This document shows, piece after piece, positions 25,916-37,200 of a DNA stretch of 64,000 bases. Made by a program: the position numbers and the translations under genes. The stretch covers positions 124,001 to 188,000 of the forward strand of contig MU008218.1 of NCBI GenBank assembly GCA_010909165.1, written 5' to 3'. The notes under the pieces were generated by a model, which did not search any database, had not been told where the DNA came from, and saw only the letters and a program-made list of their open reading frames with translations. Every line of letters starts with the position of its first letter. The first letter of the stretch is position 1. Source of the DNA: Anthoceros angustus (lineage: Eukaryota > Plantae > Anthocerotophyta).

Positions 25916-26401
25916 TCTACTCCTTCCCCCAATTTCCGTCCATTTTCTTGGTGGGAAGTTCGCAAGTCGTAGCGGGGGGGGGGGCAAGGGCTGTTTTGAG
26001 CGGAATTTTCCACTTGTAGAATGTTCCGTGTTTTACACTTTTGTATCTACGTCCCTAGGTATTACTAAACGAGGTGACCGCCTGCCGCCGGTTGCTTGAT
26101 TCTGTTATTACAAGTCCATCTTTTAGATGTCAATTGACTGATTGCTCCACTGGTGTTGAACCCTAAACCAGCTTGAGGGCACGTCGTCTCCGACGGCATG
26201 ACAAATTTACTAATGTCCCTTGCCAAAAGCTGTGGGGCATATGCACGTACTTAGACTAAAAAGAAATTTTGCTAAGACGAGGATAAACGCGACGCGCTTG
26301 ACGCGGAATCTGTGAGGCAAAGTGCTGGTTTTGGAAGGAGCAGATCTGGCATGTTACAATTGCGGAGGTCGCTGCTGGCGATGACGTCGCCGAGTGATAG
26401 G

Positions 26402-27295
26402 CTAGCAGAAGCCAAAAGAGGATCCCAGACAGTGCATATAAGTAAGAGCTTGTTGTAGTCGTGTGAACGGGCGAAGCTTGGCCTCAACGCAATCGGCGCA
26501 GCTTGAGATGGACCGCTGACTGCTGTCCGCTGTGCTATCCTCCGATTCCGGTAGCTTCGCCGCAGATTCTTCACCCAAACTGCAATTCTTTTCCCACCGG
26601 GGCCTGATGGCTCCAGCCTGCTCCTGAGGCGGCGACATGAGAAGCCCGCGTGCGGGAGGCAGGAAGCGCGGAGTGCTCATCTGGTGGGGATCCTGGTCCG
26701 CTTCTGGTTCCGCTCCCGCCTCCTGGTCTGCCCGCTCCTTCGCTCGCACTGTGCAATCTGCGCCCGCGGCGACAGTGTGGCCGATTCCTTTGGAAGAGGA
26801 GGCGTTGGCTCCCACTGCGTCGGCGTCGGAGGTACTGGAGCTGTCTGCTTTGGCTGCTTTGGGAGGTTCGATTGTGGGGGGGATGGAATCTGATGATGGA
26901 TTACGTGCGTGCTGTGGCAGGCGAGTCCGCCCCAGCGGAGCAGGAAATTGCGCAGAAGGCGCCGCATCCGTAAAAGGCGCACAGCTGGGGCGGGGGAGTC
27001 GGGCCGGGTTGTGGGCACTGGACCGGAGGTGCGATATCTGTGCCTGTTCCTGTTTGGAGTGTGGTGTGTGACAGTAGCGGGCTGGATTTGACATGAATCT
27101 GGCATTTGTAGCAGGTTCTCGATTCAATTTGCTCCTCAGCTGCCGGTTTGTCGGTGGAATCCCGCCCAGCTCGATCTGTTGGGCCGACCGGGGGGTGCCC
27201 GGAGCGAGCGATTGGGTCGCGGGGGAAGAAGCCGATTTTCGTGGTCTACAGCCTGCTGAACAGGCACACGTGCGAGGTTGTCCCGAATTCGACAC
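26402..27295 (-). CDS. Possible low-complexity protein of unknown function divergent from urease
   Basis: 297-codon Ala/Ser/Pro-rich ORF in GC-rich DNA with no recognisable domain. It could be a chance ORF. Confidence 0.25.
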   Translation of the reverse strand: MSNSGQPRTCACSAGCRPRKSASSPATQSLAPGTPRSAQQIELGGIPPTNRQLRSKLNREPATNARFMSNPARYCHTPHSKQEQAQISHLRSSAHNPARLPRPSCAPFTDAAPSAQFPAPLGRTRLPQHARNPSSDSIPPTIEPPKAAKADSSSTSDADAVGANASSSKGIGHTVAAGADCTVRAKERADQEAGAEPEADQDPHQMSTPRFLPPARGLLMSPPQEQAGAIRPRWEKNCSLGEESAAKLPESEDSTADSSQRSISSCADCVEAKLRPFTRLQQALTYMHCLGSSFGFC

Positions 27296-27550
27296 TGTTT
27301 CGGCATCGTCCTTCGTACGCAGAAGTGATAGCCTCTTCGCCCACCGGTTTCGTGGGGAGGAGATTGTCTCGCCTGCTCTCGAGGTTAAGGTGCATGCCTT
27401 TCTGTATCACACGGTTTACAAGGAAAGAAAGATTCGGAGGATTTGGGTGGGGGAGTGAGAGATTGGCATTGCACGAGCTTCTTTTCGTCCAGGAGAAGCT
27501 TGTTGCTGACTTGTCGCTTGCATTGATCAGGCCCCTCATTCGCTGTCACC

Positions 27551-30500
27551 ATGAGACTCTCACCAAGAGAGCTGGACAAGCTCTCGTTGCACCAGGCAGG
27601 CTTCCTCGCCCAGAAAAGGCTGGCTCGTGGGTTACAGCTTAACCACCCAGAAGCTGTTGCCCTCATTGCCACACAGGTGAGCGTACGCTGGTCAGGTAGC
27701 CAATTGGAACGGCATGTTGCCGATTGGAATGGACTCTTTGCTACATTGACTCGCTTACTGCTGATATCGATGTGCCCCGTGGTCGTAGATCCTGGAGTTC
27801 ATTCGGGATGGCAAAACTGTCGCAGAGCTCATGGACACAGGACGGCAATTATTGGGAAGGTATGTGCCCTATCTCAATTGGGAAGTGCTTCTTACTGCTG
27901 CTGTCTGCTCTGAAGCTGATGGTACTCTGAATTTCAGGAGGCAAGTTTTGCCTGGGGTTAGGCATCTTCTAGAAACAGTGCAGGTATGCACAAGAAGTAC
28001 AACCAGCTTGGATTTGCGACTTCTTGTCAGAGCGTGACTGTGCCGTGGTTATGGTTTTTAATACTACTCCCGTTTCAGGTGGAGGGAACATTTCCAGATG
28101 GGACCAAGCTGGTCACCATCCACAATCCTATTGCAAGGGAAGGTGGAGATCTCGGGCTTGCTTTGCATGGATCCTTTCTACCAGGTCAGTAACAGACTCA
28201 TTTTTCTTGTTGTATCTGATTCCGCTCCAAGTTCCTCTACTGAACTCTATTGTCCTGATTTTGGTTTCAGTTCCATCTCAGGACATTTTTCCTCTGTCAG
28301 AGGATACGCTGGAACCTGGTCGGGTAGTTCCAAAGCCTGGACGTATTCTGATCAATGAACATAGAGAATGCGTAATTATTAAGGTTATCAATACAGCTGA
28401 CCGCCCAATACAGGTCATTTTTCCATCCTTCACTACTGTGGGATCTCCTTAGTGGATCATGTGCACCACGTTCCCAGAAGCTTGACTTCTTGTTCCCTTG
28501 CTTTCAGGTGGGCAGTCATTACCATTTCGTCGAGAGCAACCCTTACCTTATTTTCGACCGGGAAAGGGCTTATGGAAAGCGTTTGAACGTTCTGGCTGGT
28601 ACTGCAGTCCGGTTTGAGGTATATTCCTTTTTTGCATGGTTTCCTTATGTTCCGGAGAGGAAGCAGGTGTTTGTAGGAAGTCCTTTCTACGATGAATGAC
28701 CTGAGGCCTGATTGGGGCCTGTTGCATTGCTCCAGCCAGGTGACGAAAAATCAGTAGTTCTTGTCAGCATCGGTGGCAAGAAAGTAATCCAGGGTGGTAA
28801 TGGGTTAGCAAAAGGTCCCGTGGACGAATCTCATCTTCCTTCAATAATGCAGAGGGTAACCTCCAGAAACTTTGGCCACAGGAAGCAACCCGAGGCCTGG
28901 TATGTGCAAACCTGCCGGCTGTCTAGTCTCATGCATTGTTTCAGAATGCAGTCTGTCCTCCATTTCTGCTTCTACTTTGTATGTGTAAGGTGAAAAATGT
29001 TAATACTAGTGTGTCTGCAGGGTTGGTATTTCTGGAAAAGATGAAAAAGTGACTTGCTGGGTGTCTCGGGAACAGTACTCCCATCTGTTTGGTCCAACAA
29101 CTGGTGACAAAGTGAGGCTGGGAGACACAGACCTTTATGCAGAGGTGGAGAAGGATTTTGCTGTCTACGGGGATGAATGCAAGTTTGGTGGAGGTAAGGT
29201 CCTTAGGGATGGCATGGGGCAGGCCTGTGGATATACTGCAGCTATGACGCTAGATGTTGCAATCATCAATGCCCTAGTTATAGATTACACTGGAATATAC
29301 AAGGCAGACATTGGTATCAAAGGAGGGAATATAGTTGGAATAGGGAAAGCAGGGAATCCGGATGTGATGGATGGCGTCTCTGAGAACATGATTGTTGGTG
29401 TAAGTTGTGATCCTCAACGTCTTTTTTTCAGTTTTAAGTTTGAGTGGTCACTGGGTCTGGAGTAAATATGGTGGCTACGTTTTGACATTGTACTTTTGCC
29501 TCATGAAGGTTAACACTGAAGTGATAGCAGCAGAAGGATCAATTCTTACTGCTGGAGGTATCGATACTCATGTGCACTTCATATGCCCACAGCTTGGACG
29601 CAGCAATCTCCATGAGGTGAGGTTAGAAGAAACTCAGATGTGTTCTCCAGACTGTGGCTTTCCTCAAACTCACTCCCGCAGTGGAGTCTACGGCAGGAGG
29701 CCGTTGAATACGGTGGATTTGGGTTGATGTCTTTAAGAAACAATATCTGTACCCTTCAACGGTTTAATTCTGCATTTGTGCAGGCTTAACAACATTGCTT
29801 GGTGGAGGAACAGGGCCAGCTCATGGAACAGCTGCAACGACTTGCACACCTGCTCCAGAACAAATGCGTTTAATGCTTCGCGCAACAGATGACATCCCCT
29901 GAACTTTGGGTTTACAGGAAAGGTGGATGAATGGCTGGAAGTATAGTCGTGTTTTGGTGTGTAGACTCGCTTTCTTTGAAACACTGACAGCAATGACATT
30001 TCAGGGTAACTCTGCAAAACCAGACGGTCTTGCTGATATTATCAGAGCTGGTGCCGTTGGTCTCAAGCTGCATGAAGATTGGGGCACAACACCAGCTGCT
30101 ATCCAGAATTGTTTGTCAGTTGCAGATGAATTCGACGTGCAGGTAGGTTATGACCTCTTGGGGCACGATATTTTCATTCGTGATCCTTACGGGCTACTCT
30201 TGTTGACTTCGTTATGATCTCTGTGTACTGATATTGAAGGTAACTATCCATACCGACACTCTTAATGAGTCGGGATGCGTGGAGCAGTCAGTCGCAGCTT
30301 TTGGAGGTCGAACCATTCACACGTACCACAGGTGAGTCTCTGATCGATTTCGTGTGGGAAAGGTGTTGGAGCTTGAAGTGCTACACCTGCTTCTGAGTTG
30401 GGCGAGCACATATGCTTTGAAAGCTGACGATGTGATTGTGCTTGCATCAGTGAGGGAGCGGTGGAGGACATGCACCAGACATCATGATGGTTTGCGGTTT

Positions 30501-31822
30501 GCCGAATGTTCTTCCATCCTCAACCAATCCAACCAGGCCGTACACAGTCAATACCATTGATGAACATATCGACATGCTTGTAAGTATGTTTGATGTGCAT
30601 ACTATGTTTCGCCGACCTGGTCCTGTGGTTTATCGTTCTTGACTTTGGAGACAAGCAGAGAATGTCATTCCGGTTCATGGACGTCTGCGGTTTGTGTATG
30701 TGCAGATGGTCTGTCATCACCTCAACAAGAGCATAGCAGAAGACGTTGCTTTCGCAGAGTCCAGGATCCGTGGTGAGACCATAGCTGCAGAGGATATCCT
30801 TCATGACATGGGCGCCATCAGCATGATGTCATCTGATTCTCAAGCCATGGGTCGCATAGGAGAGGTTGCACAGGATCACTAAACCGTGTGTACAGCTAGC
30901 TTGAGGAAAACTCGTTATGTGGAGGTGTGCTCATCAGTTTGACATTGTTTCAGGTTATAACGCGCACGTGGCAGACAGCTCATAAAATGAAGCAGCAACG
31001 GGGACAGCTGCCCGACGCATCAGCTGATGACAATGATAATCTAAGGATCAAGCGTTACATAGCAAAATATACTATTAATCCTGCTATTGCCCATGGTTTT
31101 CCAGGCTTGTTGGATCTGTTGAGGTGTGTACCACTTGTTGAGCTTGATTTAGGATATGTCTCTGGATGTCTCATAAATAGGAATGAACATCTGTGTCCTG
31201 AGTGCAGGTCGGGAAGCTTGCTGATTTAGTCTTATGGAAACCTGCCTTTTCGGACTAAACCGGAAATGGTTATAAAGGAGGAGTTATTGCCTGGGCTCAA
31301 ATGGGTGATGCCAATGCAAGCATTCCAACTCCGGAACCTGTATGTGTCATTGTGCTTCGGCCTGTTGAAAATTACGTGTCTTGATTCTCGTCTCGGCTGT
31401 ACTGCAAGCGCTGATCATTTTGTTGTTGAGAGATATTGCAACAGGTTTTGATGAGGCCGATGTTTGGAGCTTTGGGGAAGGCTGGGAGCTCACATTCAAT
31501 CGCTTTTGTTAGCAAGGTATGGCTTTAGTCTTGAACATTTGGGTCTGGCTGCAGTCTATTTAGCGTAGGAATGCTGAAGAGAATCTTGGGCATTCTCCAG
31601 GCTGCCAAGTTGGCTGACGTTAAAGCGGAATATGGACTTCAGAAGCGTGTGGAGGAAATACAGAATGTTAGAAATCTAACCAAAAGGGACATGAAACTGA
31701 ATGACTTAACGCCCGACATTGTCATCGACCATGAACATTACACTGTATCCGCCGATGGAGTGATGCTTACTTGCCAGCCTGCTGCCACCCTGCCACTGAC
31801 ACAAAACTATTTCCTGTTCTAG
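27551..31822 (+). CDS. URE: Urease (fused gamma-beta-alpha eukaryotic type), 18 exons
   Basis: [101 protein letters not shown], terminal YFLF*. A few 1-2 nt indels (e.g. ~29596, ~31100, ~31250) lie mostly in homopolymers. Confidence 0.95.
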
Positions 31823-31929
31823 TTTAATTCTTCTGTTGCGATGAGGACTGATCCTGACGATTGTGCAGCTCTGGACAAAACGCCTGGTCCAGGGGCCAAG
31901 AACCAGTCACTGAGGTACCTGATCCTTTA

Positions 31930-32648
31930 ATGGGTACCTCGGCTCGAGCAAGCCATGAAAGTGATGTCAAACATCTTCCATTGGAGTGGAGTGTGTGGCA
32001 GCTGCTTGATTCCCTACTGCCAACAGGTGGATTTGCTCATTCCTACGGTCTGGAGGTTGCTGCGCAAACTCATCTGGTAGCGGATGCTACCTCACTTGAA
32101 GACTTTATCACATCATCTCTGGAGGGAGTAGGTGCCTGATGCTGCCGTTTATTTATTGTGCTCACAAGCAGCCAAGGACAGACTCTTGATTCAGTTAGAC
32201 CAACTGTTTCATGCAACGCTGACGAACCAAGTTGGAAGAAAGGCATCGTTGGCTCAAGGAGCTGCCCTTCTGCGAGTGGCTGCCACGGTGTTTGTAGATA
32301 TTGCAGAGTTGCCGACCATGCGTGCTACTGCCAGGAAGCCCGGCACAGTGCATGTCCATTACGCACCCATGTATGGAGTTTTATGTGGCCTTCTTGGATG
32401 GGATTCCATGACTGCCCAACGATCTTTCCTGTTCTTAACACTTAGGGATATTCTGTCAGCTGGGACGCGGTTGAATGTGGTAGGTCCTTTGAAGCAGCGT
32501 TCCTGCAGCACCGGCTTTCTAAAGTTGCAGAAGCCGTCCTGAAGAAGTATGCAAATCGGCCAGCTGAAGATGCACATCAAACATCGCCTCTACTGGATAC
32601 AGTTCAAGGCTGTCATTCTCATCTATTTTCACGGCTCTTTGCTCTTAG
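31930..32648 (+). CDS. UREF: Urease accessory protein F, intronless
   Basis: WSVWQLLDSLLPTGGFAHSYGLE, ASLAQGAALLRVA, HYAPMYGVLCGLLG, LRDILSAGTRLNVVGPL, DTVQGCHSHLFSRLF. Three to four single-base deletions are needed to restore the frame. Confidence 0.9.
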
Positions 32649-33863
32649 GTGACGGTTCTAGGGGTTTGAGAGGAGAGTTTGTGCAAACTGGGTTGTTTCT
32701 ACCTTTGGTTCCTGTGCGTCAACTTCTGCCAGGACTGTGACAGGAAGCTGCGGCTTTGCCTGCCTGCGCGAGATATTCAGGTGGTGCGGTGACAGACTGC
32801 CGGAGTAGCTACAGGATATTTTGCGTTTGTGTCAGGTTTCAATTGGTTTTCTCTCTCTCGACGCTTGCATGCTGTATCCGCTTGTGTCTCTTATGGCGTC
32901 CACAATGCCATTGTACCCGTTTTCGGTCGATCTAAAACTTCGCGGCCATACCGGGATACCAAAGAATCCTCTTGTCTCAAGAAATGAAAGGTGTTTGAAA
33001 TGCAATTCGTTGGATGTTGGTGCTTTTTCACGTTCCGTTGCCTCCTTCCTGTGTAGGTAAGAATGCACCACAGATCGGGTTCTTTGGTCTCATTTTTGTT
33101 TGTGTGGATTGCGACCCAGTTCAGCACCACTCTCAGCTGAACAGATCTGTCGAACTGTGACGAACATACTTGAAATCTGGTGAAGGGACCTGCCTTTCAT
33201 AAGCACTCCGAGGCTCTCACGAAGCTTAATTCCCAACCGGAGATGATTTGGACTTGTTTTTCACCTTCCTTGGCGTTGTGTATGCTGCAACCATAAATTC
33301 TCAGCAATATGCAGTTTTCCAATGCGCCAGCCAACCACAACGTAGTGGACTGGGTGGATGAGCGTGTGGCATCGGCCTCGCGACGTCTGACATTTTTGTT
33401 GAGTGGTTCCACCACATTCGAAAGATGCAGCCTGGGTGACATTTTCACGGAAGCACTTGTTGGTTCTCAATGGTATTCCGCAGCAAAAGTGTTGTAGCAA
33501 AATTGCAAATCCGTGAAGAGGCAAATCCCAGCCAGGCCATAGGGTTAGATTAGCGTGTCATGTTGGCACACACAAGCAATGTATGGCGACGGTTGGATGG
33601 ATAGTTATCATGTAGGACAAAGAAGAAACCTTGAGCTTTGAAAAGGTATGCCAACCTTCTACAAAAATTAGTGCAATATCATCACCCTAGTGCTCATCCA
33701 CCGAGGCTCAACGGACATTTGTGGTTCCATTCAGTTTTGTCCAAAGGGGTTCAGCCCGTGGACTGCCTCCCGAATAAAGAAATCGGATCGTTGAACCAAA
33801 CTCAACCACATACTTTTCATTCTATGATTCAAAGCGATGGATGCGGTTGGATGTGGTTGTCTC

Positions 33864-34271
33864 GGTGTAATAACCTTTGGTTGCGGCTTGAAATATAATT
33901 CGTTGAATTTTGGTGCTTTATCATATTCTTTTCTGTATAGGCCAAGAATTCACCACAAATAGGCTTCTTTGATCTCATTTTCGTTTGTGTGGATGGCGAC
34001 CTAGCTCACTCCATTCTCAGTTGAACATATCAGAGGTGTAATAACCGTTGGCTGCGGCTTGAAATATAATTCGTTGAATTTTGGTGCTTTATCATATTCT
34101 TTTCTGATAGGCCAAGAATTCACCACAAATAGGCTTCTTTGATCTCATTTTCGTTTGTGTGGATGGCGACCTAGCTCACTCCATTCTCAGTTGAACATAT
34201 CTGTAGGTGTAATAACCTTTGGTTGCGGCTTGAGATATAATTCGTTGAATTTTTGCTTTATCGTATTCTTT
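33864..34271. repeat. 171 bp tandem repeat (2.4 units), target of the copia insertion
   Basis: GGTGTAATAACC starts at 33864, 34035 and 34206. The unit resumes at 41377 after the element. Confidence 0.85.
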
Positions 34272-37200
34272 TGTGAATAAAAAGCTGTAATCACAATAAT
34301 GAGAATTAAAATATTATGAATATACATGAGGGCTTATATAGCAAAAGCTCTAAGGTTGTGTCGCTCAAGTTAACCTAATTATTTATTAGATAACTAATAT
34401 CTAATAGGCAACCGTTTATAAGGAGAACCGAACGGATTCTCCTTCCAACACGCCCGTAACGGAGCACGCTTGTTAGTGGAGTGTGGCGGCGAACGATGCC
34501 AAGCTCCATAGCTCAATGCCTCGCACTCGCTCCTTCGTGATTGCCACTTATCTCTTGTACCAAGACCGGCGCGATGAGCAAAGAAAGAGCGACGTGGGAG
34601 GATGCGGAGAGTGAGGCAGTCCGGTCGTCACCCCGCATAGCCATTTACGATAAAATGGCGATGGCAAATTGCTGGGAGTGGCGGTGCAACTCGGGTCGAG
34701 AAGAAGCTTGACGCCATCCCAAAGACCGCATCTCGAAGAGGAGTTACGCGCAATTCAATGCCTTGCCCGCCGCCTCAAGATGACTAAGTACTCTAGTAGC
34801 TGCGATGCGATTGGGTTTGAGCTTGTTGCTTCATCCACCATAATCTGCGGTGGTCAAAAGTCCATAGAGATTAGGTCCGAGTCGGCACAGCCATAGCCTC
34901 CATGTGTTGATAATGCTTGCTAGCGTGCGATACTTCATCGTAATGTCGGCGGTGTTTAGTCGCCGACACATGCCGGATTCTCACATGGCGCTGCTCCAGA
35001 GTCGGATAAAATGATGATGCACTTCAATGTGCTTTGTACGCGCGCATGAAACCGAGGGTTTGCGATAATGGTAGACATGTTGTCACGTAAATAGGAGTAG
35101 GCTGTGATCGTGAATACCAAGGCTCGGCCAGAAAAATCTGCTCCTGACATTTTAGCCTCCGCCGCTTTGTATTGACCGGTGGAGGACAAAGCCATCAAGA
35201 TTGCTTCTTCGAGCTCCGTGAATACTGTGGAATTCAAAGTGAAGCAATATGCCGAGATGCTTCGTCGGCATCCGGGTCGGTGGCCTAGCCCAGTCGGGGC
35301 CAGAACCACACAAGGTAGGTGCTTGCCTCGCCCAAGGCGAGGCCATATTCGAGTGCCTTTTAGGTATCGGAGGACCCTCTTAACCGCACTCCAAAGGTGT
35401 GGCTGGGATTGTCGGCGGGAGACAGAGCTCACAAGATAATCAATGTCCGGCCTTGTCCAAAGAATCGATGTAATTGAGGCAGCCCACGGCATGGCGATAA
35501 GGAACTCGAGCCATGGCTGGCGCTCCTCATCTGTCTGTGGACACTGATCATGAGACAACTTCAGCCGGCAACACGGTGGACATAGGTTTGGCGTGTCGGA
35601 TGAAAACGGTGCGAGTTTCTGATATATTTGGCTTGATGAAGCATAAGGGAACCGATCCAAGTCACGAACAAGTTGGACACCGAGGACAAAGGTAAGAGCT
35701 CCAATGTCTTTCATGTCAAACTTCTGATGGAGCATGTCTTTGACCCAAGATAACAAGCCGGGATCGTTGGATGCAAGAATGGCATCGTCGACATACAAAG
35801 CGAGAACCACGAAAGTACCATCCTTGTTGTAAAAATACACGTTGGCATCACCAGGGTTTTGAATGAAGCCGATGGATTTAAGGTACTTGTCAATTGTTTT
35901 GTACCATTCTCGTGCATTGCTTTAACCCGTAGATAGTCTTCTTGGATGGCGGACCCAATCCGGTGCTTAGGGTCTATAAAACCCTCGGTTGGGACATATA
36001 TATGTCCTCCTCCAACTCACCGTATAAAAATCATGCGGGGCGTCCATCTGGAGGTCCCAAGCATTTGTGAGCAAGAATCATACGGATAGACTGGGTCTTC
36101 ACAACGGATGAAAGTCTCAGAAAGTCTATCCACAGGATGGGTGAAACCCCGCCACGAGCCTCGATTTGTAGCGAGCAATCTCACCCCGAGCATTCAACTT
36201 GTGCTTGAAGACCCACTTGCGGTGACAACTTTTCGACCTTTAGGTAAGGCACGACTCCCATGTATCGCTTTTAATCAAGGAGTCGATTCGGCCCTTGATA
36301 GATGGTATCCAATGTGCCTTGTCGGCTCCGTGGTTGCCTCTATATGACCGAGGTTCGAGCTTGAGAAAAAACGGAGTGCTCACGGGGACTTGGATTGTGG
36401 CATGGATACTCCACTCTAGGTCGTCGAAAATCAATAGAAGCATATGGAGGTTACATCCCGCTGCGAGGAGGATTCCTCGTGCGTTGAGGATACCGCGTTC
36501 GAATTCGGCCACGGGGACTTCAACAGTCATCCTCAGCGGAAGCAGTCGTAAATTTTCATTCAAACCAGATTACGTAGAGTGAGCAGAGACATCTTCCACA
36601 GCCTAACTCATACGCAACCTCGTCCTCTGCTGTTCCGGGAAATCGTGTATATCCGGAGCTGGTCCTCATGAGCCAAGTCGGGAGTGCTTCATGGGTAACT
36701 AAATCGGGAGCATGATCATCAGTGCGCAAGGTCATTGCTTTGTGGATGTGCGGACCCTCTCCGGGGTTTGGCAGTGCAGGGGCATCAATAAAAACAACAC
36801 CGGTGAATCATCTTGTGGGAATTCGGATGAAGCTTCCATATCTGTCAAGTCTACATGAGTAACACGCTCGTTATCGGACGTGATCAAAGTATGGCTTGGC
36901 AGGACATGCGAGCTCCTTGAAAGTCACACTTCTTGCAAAAACTGCGGTCAAGGTAAGTGGATCAATCAGCTTATAAGCTTTCGCTTCTTCTCCATATCCC
37001 ACGAAGACAAGTGGGCGTGCTCGGTCTTCTAATTTCAGCCGCCGCTCTTCATGGATGTAGGCATATGCTGGGGAGCCGAATACCCTCAGATGCAGGAGAC
37101 TAGGCTTCCTACGCCATATCACCTCAAATGGGGTCTGGCCATCCACAGCACTAGTCGAGCCTGTTTAAGAGATAAGTCGTGACCCTTTGGCCCCAAGATG

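Noticed and set aside
31915-31952. GT..AG segment that would splice the 31841 ATG in frame with UreF
   Set aside because: It is only 38 nt, has no pyrimidine tract and has an AAG acceptor, far shorter than every supported intron here.
27551-32648. Urease and UreF as pseudogenes because of frameshifts
   Set aside because: The indels are mostly single-base losses in homopolymers, several are fixed in the other copy, and all catalytic motifs and splice sites are intact. Long-read consensus error is the simpler explanation.
27551-32648. Recent bacterial horizontal transfer of a urease operon
   Set aside because: The urease is the fused eukaryotic form with 17 spliceosomal introns and the UreF is plant-like. 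No ureE, ureG or ureD is adjacent.
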